Assembly: GCA_013298815.1 (NCBI GenBank)
Contig: JAAFJF010000002.1
Coordinates: forward strand, 2,191-66,190
Length of the DNA stretch: 64,000 nt
Direction: 5' to 3'
Origin: Polaromonas sp.
GTDB taxonomy: Bacteria; Pseudomonadota; Gammaproteobacteria; Burkholderiales; Burkholderiaceae_C
Below are positions 18,979 through 27,282 of this stretch, piece by piece. Positions within the stretch are counted from its first letter, which is position 1, and each line of letters starts with the position of its first letter. The notes beneath the pieces were generated by a model, which did not search any database, had not been told where the DNA came from, and saw only the letters and a list, made by a program, of their open reading frames with translations. The position numbers were made by a program, and so were the translations under genes.

Positions 18979-19941
18979 TTGGCAAGGCGCGGCTGGCAAG
19001 TGACCGTTGTAGATGCTGCCGCTAAGCCCGCCAGCGGCGCTTCTGGCTTACCTGTTGGTTTGTTCGCGCCATATGTCTCGGCAGACAACAACTTCACCTC
19101 GCAAATCTGCGCTGTCGGCGTGCAATTCACGCAACGACTGGCTTCTCGCTTGCTGGTTGAAGGTCTTGACTGGCAACCCAGCGGTGTGATGTCGCGCAAA
19201 TATGGGGAGGCTGAACGGTGGCACGCTGATGCTGGGTGGATAAAGCCTGCTGCACTGGTAAAAGCGTGTTTAGCGCAAGCCAATGTGACCTGGCGAGGCC
19301 ATTGTGATGTGAAACGGCTATCTCGGGATGGTGATTCATGGATGCTTATAGACAAAGATGAGCACATCCTTGCACGGGCAGATATGGTCGTCATTGCCAC
19401 TGCCAACCAAAGCGCTGAGCTGTTAAATACGATGTCAGCTGCGCCAAAATTGATTTTCCAAGCTGTTCGCGGGCAAGTGACCTACGGTAACTTGAGTGCA
19501 CCTGCAACTGCAGAGACTTCGACCTATCCGATCAACGGTAGCGGTAGCTACATAGCTACTGACGCCGAATGGCTCGTTGGCGCGACCTATGACCGGAATA
19601 ATCTGAGTTTAGACGCAAGCATTCGCGACCAAGTAGACAATTTTGAACGTCTAGAAAACTTAGCCCCTGAAATAGCGGCTCAACTCAAACCAGCTTTTGA
19701 GCGCGGTTTGGTGAACAACTGGGTTGGTATACGCTGCGCAACGACTGATAGATTGCCTATCGTCGGTGAAGTTTTACAAGGCTTATGGCTTTGCACAGCT
19801 ATGGCGTCACGGGGTTTAACTTTTGCGCCATTGTGCGCAGAATTGTTAGCTGCGCAATGTGAAAACGATAAAAGTGAAGAGTTACCACTGACGCCGCGCC
19901 TTGTGAAGGCACTCAGCATTCAACGCTATATGAAGAAATAG
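18979..19941 (+). CDS. FAD-dependent oxidoreductase resembling the C-terminal (oxidase) domain of MnmC; true start uncertain
   Basis: The track ORF starts at TTG 18979. The same frame is open from 18895 and encodes CVVIGAGIAGACAAQSLARRGWQVTVVDAAAKPASGASG, the dinucleotide-binding motif, upstream of that TTG. See the finding for this region. Confidence 0.65.
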   Translation: MARRGWQVTVVDAAAKPASGASGLPVGLFAPYVSADNNFTSQICAVGVQFTQRLASRLLVEGLDWQPSGVMSRKYGEAERWHADAGWIKPAALVKACLAQANVTWRGHCDVKRLSRDGDSWMLIDKDEHILARADMVVIATANQSAELLNTMSAAPKLIFQAVRGQVTYGNLSAPATAETSTYPINGSGSYIATDAEWLVGATYDRNNLSLDASIRDQVDNFERLENLAPEIAAQLKPAFERGLVNNWVGIRCATTDRLPIVGEVLQGLWLCTAMASRGLTFAPLCAELLAAQCENDKSEELPLTPRLVKALSIQRYMKK

Positions 19942-20065
19942 TCACAGCGACAGCCTTTAGTGTAAGAATCAAGAAGGTAAATTAGACTCAGTCAATAAGT
20001 ATTAGTGATTCATAGTTCCCAGCAAATCACAACATCCAAACATCCACAAACGGCGTACTACATAT

Positions 20066-22228
20066 ATGAACACGAAAAAACTCTTCATCCTGCTTGCCGT
20101 CATTGCTGCAGCTATCGCTTTTTTCGTATTCGATTTGGGTAGATTCTTTAGCTTAGCCTATATCAAAGAAAGCCAGCAGTCGTTTTCAGTGCTTTACAAC
20201 GAGCGCCCTGTCTTCATCACCGCTGTGTTTTTCGCTATTTATGTGGCCATCACAGCCCTGTCACTGCCTGGTGCAGCCATCATGACTTTAGCTGCAGGTG
20301 CAAGCTTTGGGCTGGTTTGGGGCACAGTCGTCGTGTCTTTCGCGTCAACCTTGGGCGCTACCTTCGCGATGCTGATTTCCCGCTACGTGCTGCGCGACAG
20401 CATTGAAAAACGCTTTGGCGCAAAGCTTGCTGATGTCAACAAAGGCATGAAAAAAGAAGGTGCGTTTTACCTGTTCACCTTGCGGCTGCTGCCTTTGATT
20501 CCGTTCTTTGTGCTCAATGTACTGATGGGTCTGACCAAAATGAAAACCTGGACTTTCTTTTGGGTCAGCCAATTAGGTATGTTGGCTGGTACGGTAGCTT
20601 ACGTCAACGCGGGTACTGAAATCGCCAAGATCGACTCTTTGCGCTCCATCTTATCCCCCGGTTTGATTGGCTCATTTGTCTTGCTGGGTTTGTTCCCGCT
20701 GCTCATGAAAAAGGTCATCGATTTCTTCAAAAAACGCAAGGTTTATGCGCGTTGGAACAGCGTCAAACCCAAAACCTTTGACCGTAACCTTATCGTCATC
20801 GGTGCAGGCGCGGGTGGCTTGGTCACAGCCTTGATTGGCGCAGCCGTCAAAGCGAAAGTCACCTTGGTAGAAGCCCACAAAATGGGTGGCGATTGTTTAA
20901 ACTTTGGCTGCGTGCCCAGCAAAGCCATCATCAAATCCGCCAAATTAGCGCACCAAATGCGGCACGCTGAGAACTACGGTTTAAAAACTGCTTTTCCGGC
21001 TTTTGATTTCAAAGCCGTGATGCAGCGCGTACACGACATCATTGCTGCTATTGCCCCGCACGACAGCGTGGAGCGATTCACCGGCTTGGGTGTTGACGTG
21101 GTGGAAGGCTACGCCAAAATCATCAACCCGTGGACAGTTGAAATCGCGCTGATAGATGGCGGCACCAGAACATTAACGACGCGTAGCATTGTCATCGCCG
21201 CTGGTGCCAGCCCCGTGGTGCCACCATTGCCAGGAATTGAACAATCTGGCTACGTGACCAGCGACACCTTGTGGGATGCTTTTGCCAAGCTAGACGCCTT
21301 GCCCAAGCGCTTGGTCGTTTTAGGCGGTGGCCCGATTGGTTGCGAGCTGGCGCAAAGCTTTGCGCGACTGGGTTCTGTGGTGTCGCAGGTTGAAATGGCG
21401 CCGCGCATCTTGATACGGGAAGACGAAGAAGTGTCGGCCTACGCTCAAAAATCATTGTCCAGCGATGGCGTACAGGTACTGACTTCGCACAAAGCGCTGC
21501 GCTTTGAAAACGTCAATGGCGTCAAAACACTGGTTGTTGAGCACAACGGGGCTGAAAAACGCATTGAGTACGATGAAGTCATTTGCGCCGTAGGCCGGAT
21601 GGCGCGGCTCACGGGCTACGGCTTGGAAGACTTGGGCATTCCCACCCAGCGCACCGTGGATACCAACGAGTATTTAGAAACCATTTACCCGAATATTTAC
21701 GCCGCTGGCGACGTGGCTGGCCCCTACCAGTTCACCCACACCGCCGCTCACCAAGCTTGGTATGCAGCCGTTAACGCGCTGTTTGGCACGTTCAAAAAGT
21801 TCAAAGCTGAGTACCGCATCATCCCCGCCGCCACGTTTATTGACCCTGAAGTGGCTCGTGTTGGCTTAAACGAATCTGAGGCGAAAGCGCAAAACATTGC
21901 CTATGAAGTCACCAAATACGGCATCGACGACCTAGACCGCGCCATTGCCGACAGCGAAGCGCATGGCTTCATCAAGGTGCTGACAGTCCCTGGCAAAGAC
22001 AAGATTTTGGGCGTCACCATCGTGGGTGTGCATGCGGGCGACTTGCTGGCTGAGTATGTGCTGGCAATGAAGCATGGCTTGGGACTCAACAAAATTCTAG
22101 GAACTATCCACGCCTACCCCACTCTAGCCGAGAGTAACAAATATGTGGCTGGCGAGTGGAAACGTGCGCACCAGCCAGTGAAATTGCTGGCATGGGTGAA
22201 AAAATACCACGATTGGCGCAGGGGTTAA
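20066..22228 (+). CDS. fusion protein: TVP38/TMEM64 (DedA-like) membrane domain + class I pyridine nucleotide-disulfide oxidoreductase
   Basis: 720 aa. The first 230 aa or so are polytopic (LRLLPLIPFFVLNVLMGLT). They are followed by VIGAGAGG, the redox-active GGDCLNFGCVPSKA, a second Rossmann motif LGGGPIGCELAQ and a dimerisation domain HAYPTLAE. It lacks the C-terminal Cys pair of MerA. Confidence 0.85.
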   Translation: MNTKKLFILLAVIAAAIAFFVFDLGRFFSLAYIKESQQSFSVLYNERPVFITAVFFAIYVAITALSLPGAAIMTLAAGASFGLVWGTVVVSFASTLGATFAMLISRYVLRDSIEKRFGAKLADVNKGMKKEGAFYLFTLRLLPLIPFFVLNVLMGLTKMKTWTFFWVSQLGMLAGTVAYVNAGTEIAKIDSLRSILSPGLIGSFVLLGLFPLLMKKVIDFFKKRKVYARWNSVKPKTFDRNLIVIGAGAGGLVTALIGAAVKAKVTLVEAHKMGGDCLNFGCVPSKAIIKSAKLAHQMRHAENYGLKTAFPAFDFKAVMQRVHDIIAAIAPHDSVERFTGLGVDVVEGYAKIINPWTVEIALIDGGTRTLTTRSIVIAAGASPVVPPLPGIEQSGYVTSDTLWDAFAKLDALPKRLVVLGGGPIGCELAQSFARLGSVVSQVEMAPRILIREDEEVSAYAQKSLSSDGVQVLTSHKALRFENVNGVKTLVVEHNGAEKRIEYDEVICAVGRMARLTGYGLEDLGIPTQRTVDTNEYLETIYPNIYAAGDVAGPYQFTHTAAHQAWYAAVNALFGTFKKFKAEYRIIPAATFIDPEVARVGLNESEAKAQNIAYEVTKYGIDDLDRAIADSEAHGFIKVLTVPGKDKILGVTIVGVHAGDLLAEYVLAMKHGLGLNKILGTIHAYPTLAESNKYVAGEWKRAHQPVKLLAWVKKYHDWRRG

Positions 22229-22250
22229 ACAAAGCTTGCAAAGGAAGACG

Positions 22251-23099
22251 ATGATGAGATTTATAACCGTAAAATTTGCTACATTTTTGATAGCTGCTCT
22301 GGCAGTATTTACGCCGGCTAGTGCCGTATTTGCACAGTCTTTTGACCACAATTACGCCGCCTATGACGCGCAGCTCAAAAAGCACGTCAAATTTCTACCC
22401 GATGGCAAACAAAGCCGCGTGAACTACAAAGGTTTTGCGTCAGAACGCGCAGAATTGATAAAAACCTTGGAAGCTTTTAGCGCCGTCACTCCCGCTCAGT
22501 TCGCCGCATTCAGCAAAGACCAGCAGATGGCGTTTTTGATCAACGCTTACAACGCTTTCACTATTGAGTTGATTTTGACCAAATACCCCGATGTCAAATC
22601 CATCAAAGACCTTGGCAGCACCTTTTCTAGCCCATGGAAAAAAACCTTTTTCAAACTCTTGGGCGAAGAGCGCAATTTGGACTGGATTGAGCACGACAAA
22701 CTGCGCCCCACAGGCAAAAACATTGTGAATGGCGGCTACCAAGACCCACGCATCCACGTCGCCATCGTCTGCGCCAGTATCGGCTGCCCCGCCCTGCCGA
22801 CAGAAGCATTCACCGCAGCCAAGTTAGACGCGCAATTGGACGCTGGCATGGCACGCTTTGTGCAAGATAAAACCCGCAACCGCTATGAGGGCGGCAAACT
22901 GCAGGTCTCAAGCATTTTCAAATGGTTCAAAGACGACTTCGAAAAAGGTTACAAGGGATTTAGCAAAGTCGAAGACGTTTTCGCCAAATACGCCGATAAT
23001 TTAAGTAATGATTCAGCTATTCAAGGACAAATTCGTGCCAAAACGGTTTCTATCAGCTATCTTGATTACGATTGGTCCCTTAACGATAGCGGTCGTTAA
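22251..23099 (+). CDS. DUF547 domain protein (secreted)
   Basis: The track ORF is 22236..23099 (TTG). I prefer ATG 22251, which follows AGGAAG. It has the signal FATFLIAALAVFTPASAVFA and the DUF547-like core MAFLINAYNAFTIELIL, LDWIEHDKLR and DPRIHVAIVCASIGCPAL. Confidence 0.75.
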   Translation: MMRFITVKFATFLIAALAVFTPASAVFAQSFDHNYAAYDAQLKKHVKFLPDGKQSRVNYKGFASERAELIKTLEAFSAVTPAQFAAFSKDQQMAFLINAYNAFTIELILTKYPDVKSIKDLGSTFSSPWKKTFFKLLGEERNLDWIEHDKLRPTGKNIVNGGYQDPRIHVAIVCASIGCPALPTEAFTAAKLDAQLDAGMARFVQDKTRNRYEGGKLQVSSIFKWFKDDFEKGYKGFSKVEDVFAKYADNLSNDSAIQGQIRAKTVSISYLDYDWSLNDSGR

Positions 23100-23799
23100 G
23101 CTCTTAATTTTAACGACCTTGGTCGCTAACATTTCTTTTGCTGCCGAGTTAAGCGCTTTTTCTATATCTTCAGGTACAACACCACCTGCGCCATGGCACT
23201 ACTTTGGCCTGCCTGACCGTTACGCCAAACCACCCACACTTTTTGACATAGTTGACCTCGATGCCAAAAAAGTGTTGCGCGTGCGTACGGACAAGTCTTA
23301 CGGCAACTTGGCGCATACCTACTCTGGCGCTGCGAGCAGCATCGCTTTCAGCTGGCGCTTAGATCTGCCTCTACTTGCTGCAAATTTGAAGTCAAAAGCT
23401 GCAGACGATGCGGCACTCAAAGTCTGCGTCGCTTTTGACATGCCCATGGACAAAGTCCCCTTCAATGAACGGGCAAAGCTGCGGTTTGCCCAGCTTTTCA
23501 GCAAAGAACACCTACCCACAGCGACCGTTTGCTACGTCTGGGCCCATGCTGAGCCCGTAGGCACCGACTTTGACAACCCGTTCACAGGCCGCGTGCATTA
23601 CATCGTGTTGAACTCTGGCGAAGCACAACTCAAAACTTGGCAATCGCACCAGCGCAGCATCAGCGCTGATTTTTTGAAAGCCTTTGGCAACGAAACCAGT
23701 GTTATACCGCCCATCACAGCTATCATTGTTGGTGCTGATTCGGACAATACCCTAGGTTCTAGCCTTGGCTACGTGGCAGACATCGTCTTGCAGCCCTGA
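23008..23799 (+). CDS. DUF3047 domain protein (secreted); start uncertain
   Basis: 263 aa as listed, but that start overlaps the DUF547 gene by 92 nt. Alternative in-frame GTG or TTG starts lie downstream. It has a hydrophobic leader ending ANISFA-AE. WHYFGLPDRYAKPPTLFDIV..VLRVRTDKSYGNL matches my memory of DUF3047. Confidence 0.6.
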   Translation: MIQLFKDKFVPKRFLSAILITIGPLTIAVVKLLILTTLVANISFAAELSAFSISSGTTPPAPWHYFGLPDRYAKPPTLFDIVDLDAKKVLRVRTDKSYGNLAHTYSGAASSIAFSWRLDLPLLAANLKSKAADDAALKVCVAFDMPMDKVPFNERAKLRFAQLFSKEHLPTATVCYVWAHAEPVGTDFDNPFTGRVHYIVLNSGEAQLKTWQSHQRSISADFLKAFGNETSVIPPITAIIVGADSDNTLGSSLGYVADIVLQP

Positions 23800-23874
23800 A
23801 CCTCAAACTTTGAATCTGATATCTTGCAGGCAGCGTATAACCATAGTTAGCTGAGGAAATGTAATTAATCACCT

Positions 23875-25290
23875 TTGTCTGCGACTATACAAACAATGAA
23901 AACACTGCTGCTGTTCAATTATGACTGGGACGCCGAGGGCTTTGAGCGGCTAGCCGCACAAAAAGAGCTACCATGGGGACGTGTTTTTGCGAGCAGAGGC
24001 TTTGACTTGTTTTCGTTTCCCAGCAACGCCAATTTGGTGTTTTTTGACCTAGACCGCTTCGTTAACAAACTCGCCAACCAAGCCAAGCGCGCAGGCTGGA
24101 CGTCCGTCACCTCACAGCACGAACAATTTGGCACGCTCGCCGCCGCCATGCTGGCCGAAAAAATGGGCTGGCCAGGCACGCCGCCCGCCGCCGTCGTTGC
24201 CTGCCAGCACAAGCTGTACGCACGCCAAGTGCTGCAGCAAGTTTGCCCAGAAGCAACGGTACACTTTCAACGCATGCCCGCTGCCTATGGCGAACCTGTG
24301 CCCGAAGGACTGAGTTACCCCACTTTCGTCAAACCCGTCAAAGCCGCCTTCTCCGTGCTGGCTAAAATCGTCCACTCAAAAGACGAATTACACCAGTTCA
24401 CCCGCTTTGGTGCGTATGAGTTGTGGGTCATCAAGCGCTTGGTTGAACCCTTTGAGCGCATCGCCAAGAAAATCTTGCCCCAAGCTGGCACAGCGCACAG
24501 CATGATTTTGGAAACGCCAGCCAACTCTGCCAACGCGCAGCAATACAGCTTAGACGGCATCGCTTTTAACGGCAACATCAAACCGCTGGGCGTGGTTGAC
24601 TCCGTCATGTACCCCGGCACGCAGGCGTTTATGCGGTTTGACTATCCTAGCAAACTCCCCGCTGATATCCAAAATCGTGCTTTAGACGTGGCATCGCGGT
24701 TTTTGACCGCGATTGGCTACACCCACGGCTTATTCAACATGGAGTTTTTCTTCGACGCCGTGACTGATAAGCTGACGGTGATTGAGTTCAACCCCCGCAT
24801 GGCCTCGCAGTTTGCAGATTTGTACCTGCGGGTTGACGGTGTTGACCTCTACGCCATGGCTTTGGAGTTGGCAAACGGGCGTGACCCGTGGTTGCTGCCT
24901 CGCGCTTTGCCCACCGCAAAAGTGGCGACCAGCGCCGTCTACCGTGTCTTCGACAGCGCCCAGCCCACGCTGCAGCAAACCATCCCGCCCATGCCGCCAG
25001 ACGCGCAACTGCATGAATTAAAACAACAATTCCCCGACCACCTGCTCTTGAGCTTCCCCAAAACCGGTGGCTCCACCGCGCGAGACTTCAAATGGCTGGG
25101 CAGCTACCGCTACGGCATTTTGCACTTGGGTGGACAAAGCGACGTCGATTTAAAATCAAACCTACAAAAAGCCAGCGAACTGCTGGGTTGGCCTGCGCCC
25201 CTAGCAGAAACTTACCCCACTGCAACTTTTCACGTCCAACCCACTCAAACTGACTCCACCACATTACCCAACCGGAGACTCACTGCATGA
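23875..25290 (+). CDS. ATP-grasp domain enzyme, substrate unknown
   Basis: 471 aa, with a TTG start at 23875 or an ATG at 23896. ATP-grasp core elements are YPTFVKPVKAAFSVLA, GLFNMEFFFD and LTVIEFNPRMASQF. Its stop overlaps the next gene's start in an ATGA. Confidence 0.7.
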   Translation: MSATIQTMKTLLLFNYDWDAEGFERLAAQKELPWGRVFASRGFDLFSFPSNANLVFFDLDRFVNKLANQAKRAGWTSVTSQHEQFGTLAAAMLAEKMGWPGTPPAAVVACQHKLYARQVLQQVCPEATVHFQRMPAAYGEPVPEGLSYPTFVKPVKAAFSVLAKIVHSKDELHQFTRFGAYELWVIKRLVEPFERIAKKILPQAGTAHSMILETPANSANAQQYSLDGIAFNGNIKPLGVVDSVMYPGTQAFMRFDYPSKLPADIQNRALDVASRFLTAIGYTHGLFNMEFFFDAVTDKLTVIEFNPRMASQFADLYLRVDGVDLYAMALELANGRDPWLLPRALPTAKVATSAVYRVFDSAQPTLQQTIPPMPPDAQLHELKQQFPDHLLLSFPKTGGSTARDFKWLGSYRYGILHLGGQSDVDLKSNLQKASELLGWPAPLAETYPTATFHVQPTQTDSTTLPNRRLTA

Positions 25291-25907
25291 CCCCTAAAAA
25301 TCTCAATATTTTCAAAGGCTTAGCCTCCTGGCTAGCCACTCTGACCCTGGTGTTCGTGGCCGGCTGCTCCACCATCAGCGCCAACACCGCACAAAACCCA
25401 GGCGGCGCTTACACCCCCGTCAACGCGCACGAGCAAGACGGCCAAAGCCGCTTGATGCTTAAAGGCTACGACGTGGTGAGCTACTTCACCGACAACAAAC
25501 ACGCCTTGGGCAAAGCCGAATTCCGCAGTGTTTATGAAGGCGTCACCTTCCAATTCGCCACCGCAGAGCACAAAGCCCTGTTCGACAAAGAACCCGCCAA
25601 ATACCTGCCCCAATACGGTGGCTACTGCGCTGACGGCATTTTGTATGGCATCCCATGGGGTGGCGATGCAGATACTTGGAGCATGAAAGAAGGCAAACTC
25701 TACATCTTCGGCGGCCAAAGCTCCAAAGACGCGTGGGAGCTGAATCTGCACGACAACTACGCCACCGCAGACAAAATGTGGAACACCGAGATCAAAGGCA
25801 GCAACAGCTTCTACCAACGCCTAAAACGCCTCACCTTCAAAGTGCCGTATTACAACTCTGGTAGTGAATTGGCAGCTTTGGTTGCGGCTAAGAAGGCTGG
25901 TAAGTAA
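25287..25907 (+). CDS. YHS-domain lipoprotein
   Basis: 206 aa with the lipobox LVFVAGCS. The YHS-type segment is LKGYDVVSYFTDNKHALGKAEFRSVYEGVTFQFATAEHKALFDKEPAKYLPQYGGYC. Confidence 0.7.
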   Translation: MTPKNLNIFKGLASWLATLTLVFVAGCSTISANTAQNPGGAYTPVNAHEQDGQSRLMLKGYDVVSYFTDNKHALGKAEFRSVYEGVTFQFATAEHKALFDKEPAKYLPQYGGYCADGILYGIPWGGDADTWSMKEGKLYIFGGQSSKDAWELNLHDNYATADKMWNTEIKGSNSFYQRLKRLTFKVPYYNSGSELAALVAAKKAGK

Positions 25908-25916
25908 TCTAAAAAA

Positions 25917-26372
25917 TTACTGCAAATTCGGAATAACCCGCGTTGGTTTATTATCAGCAGCGGCCTTTCTTTTGTCTGCCCAAACCAAGCTGGTTTTATT
26001 ATCTTTGCAATTTTTAGTATTATCCGAATACTCTATTCTAAACATAGGACATTTCCCGTCGCCATTCCCAGTAATGCCACCGCTCGGGTAACACACCAGC
26101 GCACCATCCTGTGAGTAAAGCTCACTAGGAATATCACAACAAACCGGCGGCACATAATAAACTGGTTTGCCTTCAAATGTAGTTTTTATAATACTGCGTG
26201 GTGGGTTAGAAACTGACCTGCTTTGATAATCCCATATTTTGGCTTGCAACCAAGGCACAACGGTGTCTAGCTTGCCAGAGATATTCTCTACCTTGCTAGA
26301 TTCAGCGGGTTTTTGTGCACAGGCGGAAATACTCAAAACTAGCGCGGCGATAAAAAAGGTCAATGTTTTCAT
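25917..26372 (-). CDS. Cys-rich lipoprotein of unknown function
   Basis: The track ORF extends to 26405. I prefer ATG 26372, which follows AAGGGA. It has the lipobox LVLSISAC and the core KPVYYVPPVCCDIPSELYSQDGALVCYPSGGITGNGDGKCP. G+C is visibly lower than in the flanking core genes. Confidence 0.6.
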   Translation of the reverse strand: MKTLTFFIAALVLSISACAQKPAESSKVENISGKLDTVVPWLQAKIWDYQSRSVSNPPRSIIKTTFEGKPVYYVPPVCCDIPSELYSQDGALVCYPSGGITGNGDGKCPMFRIEYSDNTKNCKDNKTSLVWADKRKAAADNKPTRVIPNLQ

Positions 26373-26400
26373 AGTTTTTCCCTTTGTCCACTCCACTTTG

Positions 26401-26460
26401 TTCACTATACTTTTTATAGCTGCTTAGGCAATAAATACGCTGGCTAGAGGCATATTTTTA
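26401..26460 (+). repeat. dispersed intergenic repeat, copy 4
   Basis: It reads TTCACTATACTTTTTATAGCTGCTTAGGCAATAAATACGCTGGCTAGAGGCATATTT. Confidence 0.85.
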
Positions 26461-26487
26461 TCTCAAACAACTCTAATTTCTGAGATT

Positions 26488-26748
26488 TCAGCTCAGCAGC
26501 TTGTCGTAGTCAGCGTGCGAACCAATCCAAAACCACTGAACACCTTCTTCTACCGAAACGCCCAAAGCTCGGTATGAAATACCAACGCGAACGCTTCGAA
26601 AGGCGGTGCTTTTGATGTGTTTGAAATGTAGTGAAGGATGCGCGGGGTTTTGCTTCAAAAGCTCGAAATTGCTACGCGCCATGTCTTGAACATAACTGGG
26701 TATAGCGTCAAAACAATCCCAAAACTTGCTAGAAGTGAAATGCTTCAA
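26488..26748 (-). CDS. RelE/ParE-superfamily-like type II toxin
   Basis: 86 aa. KFWDCFDAIPSYVQDMARSNFELLKQNPAHPSLHFKHI...RSVRVGISYRALG...WFWIGSHADYDKLL has the size and pattern typical of small mRNA-interferase/ParE-like toxins. It shares a 4-nt ATGA overlap with the upstream small ORF. Confidence 0.6.
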   Translation of the reverse strand: MKHFTSSKFWDCFDAIPSYVQDMARSNFELLKQNPAHPSLHFKHIKSTAFRSVRVGISYRALGVSVEEGVQWFWIGSHADYDKLLS

Positions 26749-26945
26749 AGCTCCCGCGCCTTGCCCAGCTTGTACTCTGCCACGGCTTCAGCTGCAAATA
26801 CATTCAACTTGCCGGCGGTAGCGTCAGACTCCAGCTGAGTATCCCAAGCCTGTGCGTCAAACTTGGCAAACCATGAACGAAACTCTGCCAAATCTTGCAT
26901 GGGCAATTGGGCAATAGCTTGTTCGATAGATTGGACATTGGTCAT
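26745..26945 (-). CDS. cognate antitoxin (small acidic protein)
   Basis: 66 aa from the ATG at 26945 (MTNVQSIEQAIAQLPMQDLAEFRSWFAKFDAQAWDTQLESDATAGKL...). The track's longer 115-aa version (start 27092) runs through intergenic repeat-like sequence, so I rejected it. Confidence 0.55.
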   Translation of the reverse strand: MTNVQSIEQAIAQLPMQDLAEFRSWFAKFDAQAWDTQLESDATAGKLNVFAAEAVAEYKLGKAREL

Positions 26946-27109
26946 GGGTATGCTCCTGAGTTGCTTATATTTTAATCGTTTTGAGTGAAAACGAAGATTC
27001 TGTGCCTTACCTCCCACTTTGAAAAAGAGGGATTGAAGGGGATTTAAAACGCGGCAACCATCCAAACTTGAGGTCGCAAATTGCGATATCAAGTTTTCAA
27101 ACCACTCAA

Positions 27110-27170
27110 TTCACTATACTTTTTATAGCTGCTTAAGCAATAAATACGCCGACTAGAGCCATTATTATGC
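27110..27170 (+). repeat. dispersed intergenic repeat, copy 5
   Basis: It reads TTCACTATACTTTTTATAGCTGCTTAAGCAATAAATACGCCGACTAGAGCCATTATT, and is near-identical to copy 4 over the first 45 nt or so. Confidence 0.85.
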
Positions 27171-27282
27171 CTATTTTATGCGGTATTTGTTGTGTAGACC
27201 TAGGGCGGCTAGGAATAGCAGCATTTTCTATTTCATTTTCATTGACTCTTGAAAATAGTAAACGACACGAAATATTTAACCT

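Noticed and set aside
23008-23099. A 92-nt overlap between the DUF547 and DUF3047 genes as evidence of programmed frameshifting or a fusion.
   Set aside because: The simpler explanation is that the DUF3047 gene starts at a downstream GTG or TTG. The two frames differ and no slippery sequence is evident.
26946-27092. Longer 115-aa version of the antitoxin ORF.
   Set aside because: The extra 49 residues are translated from hairpin- and repeat-like spacer sequence with no protein-like character. ATG 26945 gives a 66-aa protein of typical antitoxin size.
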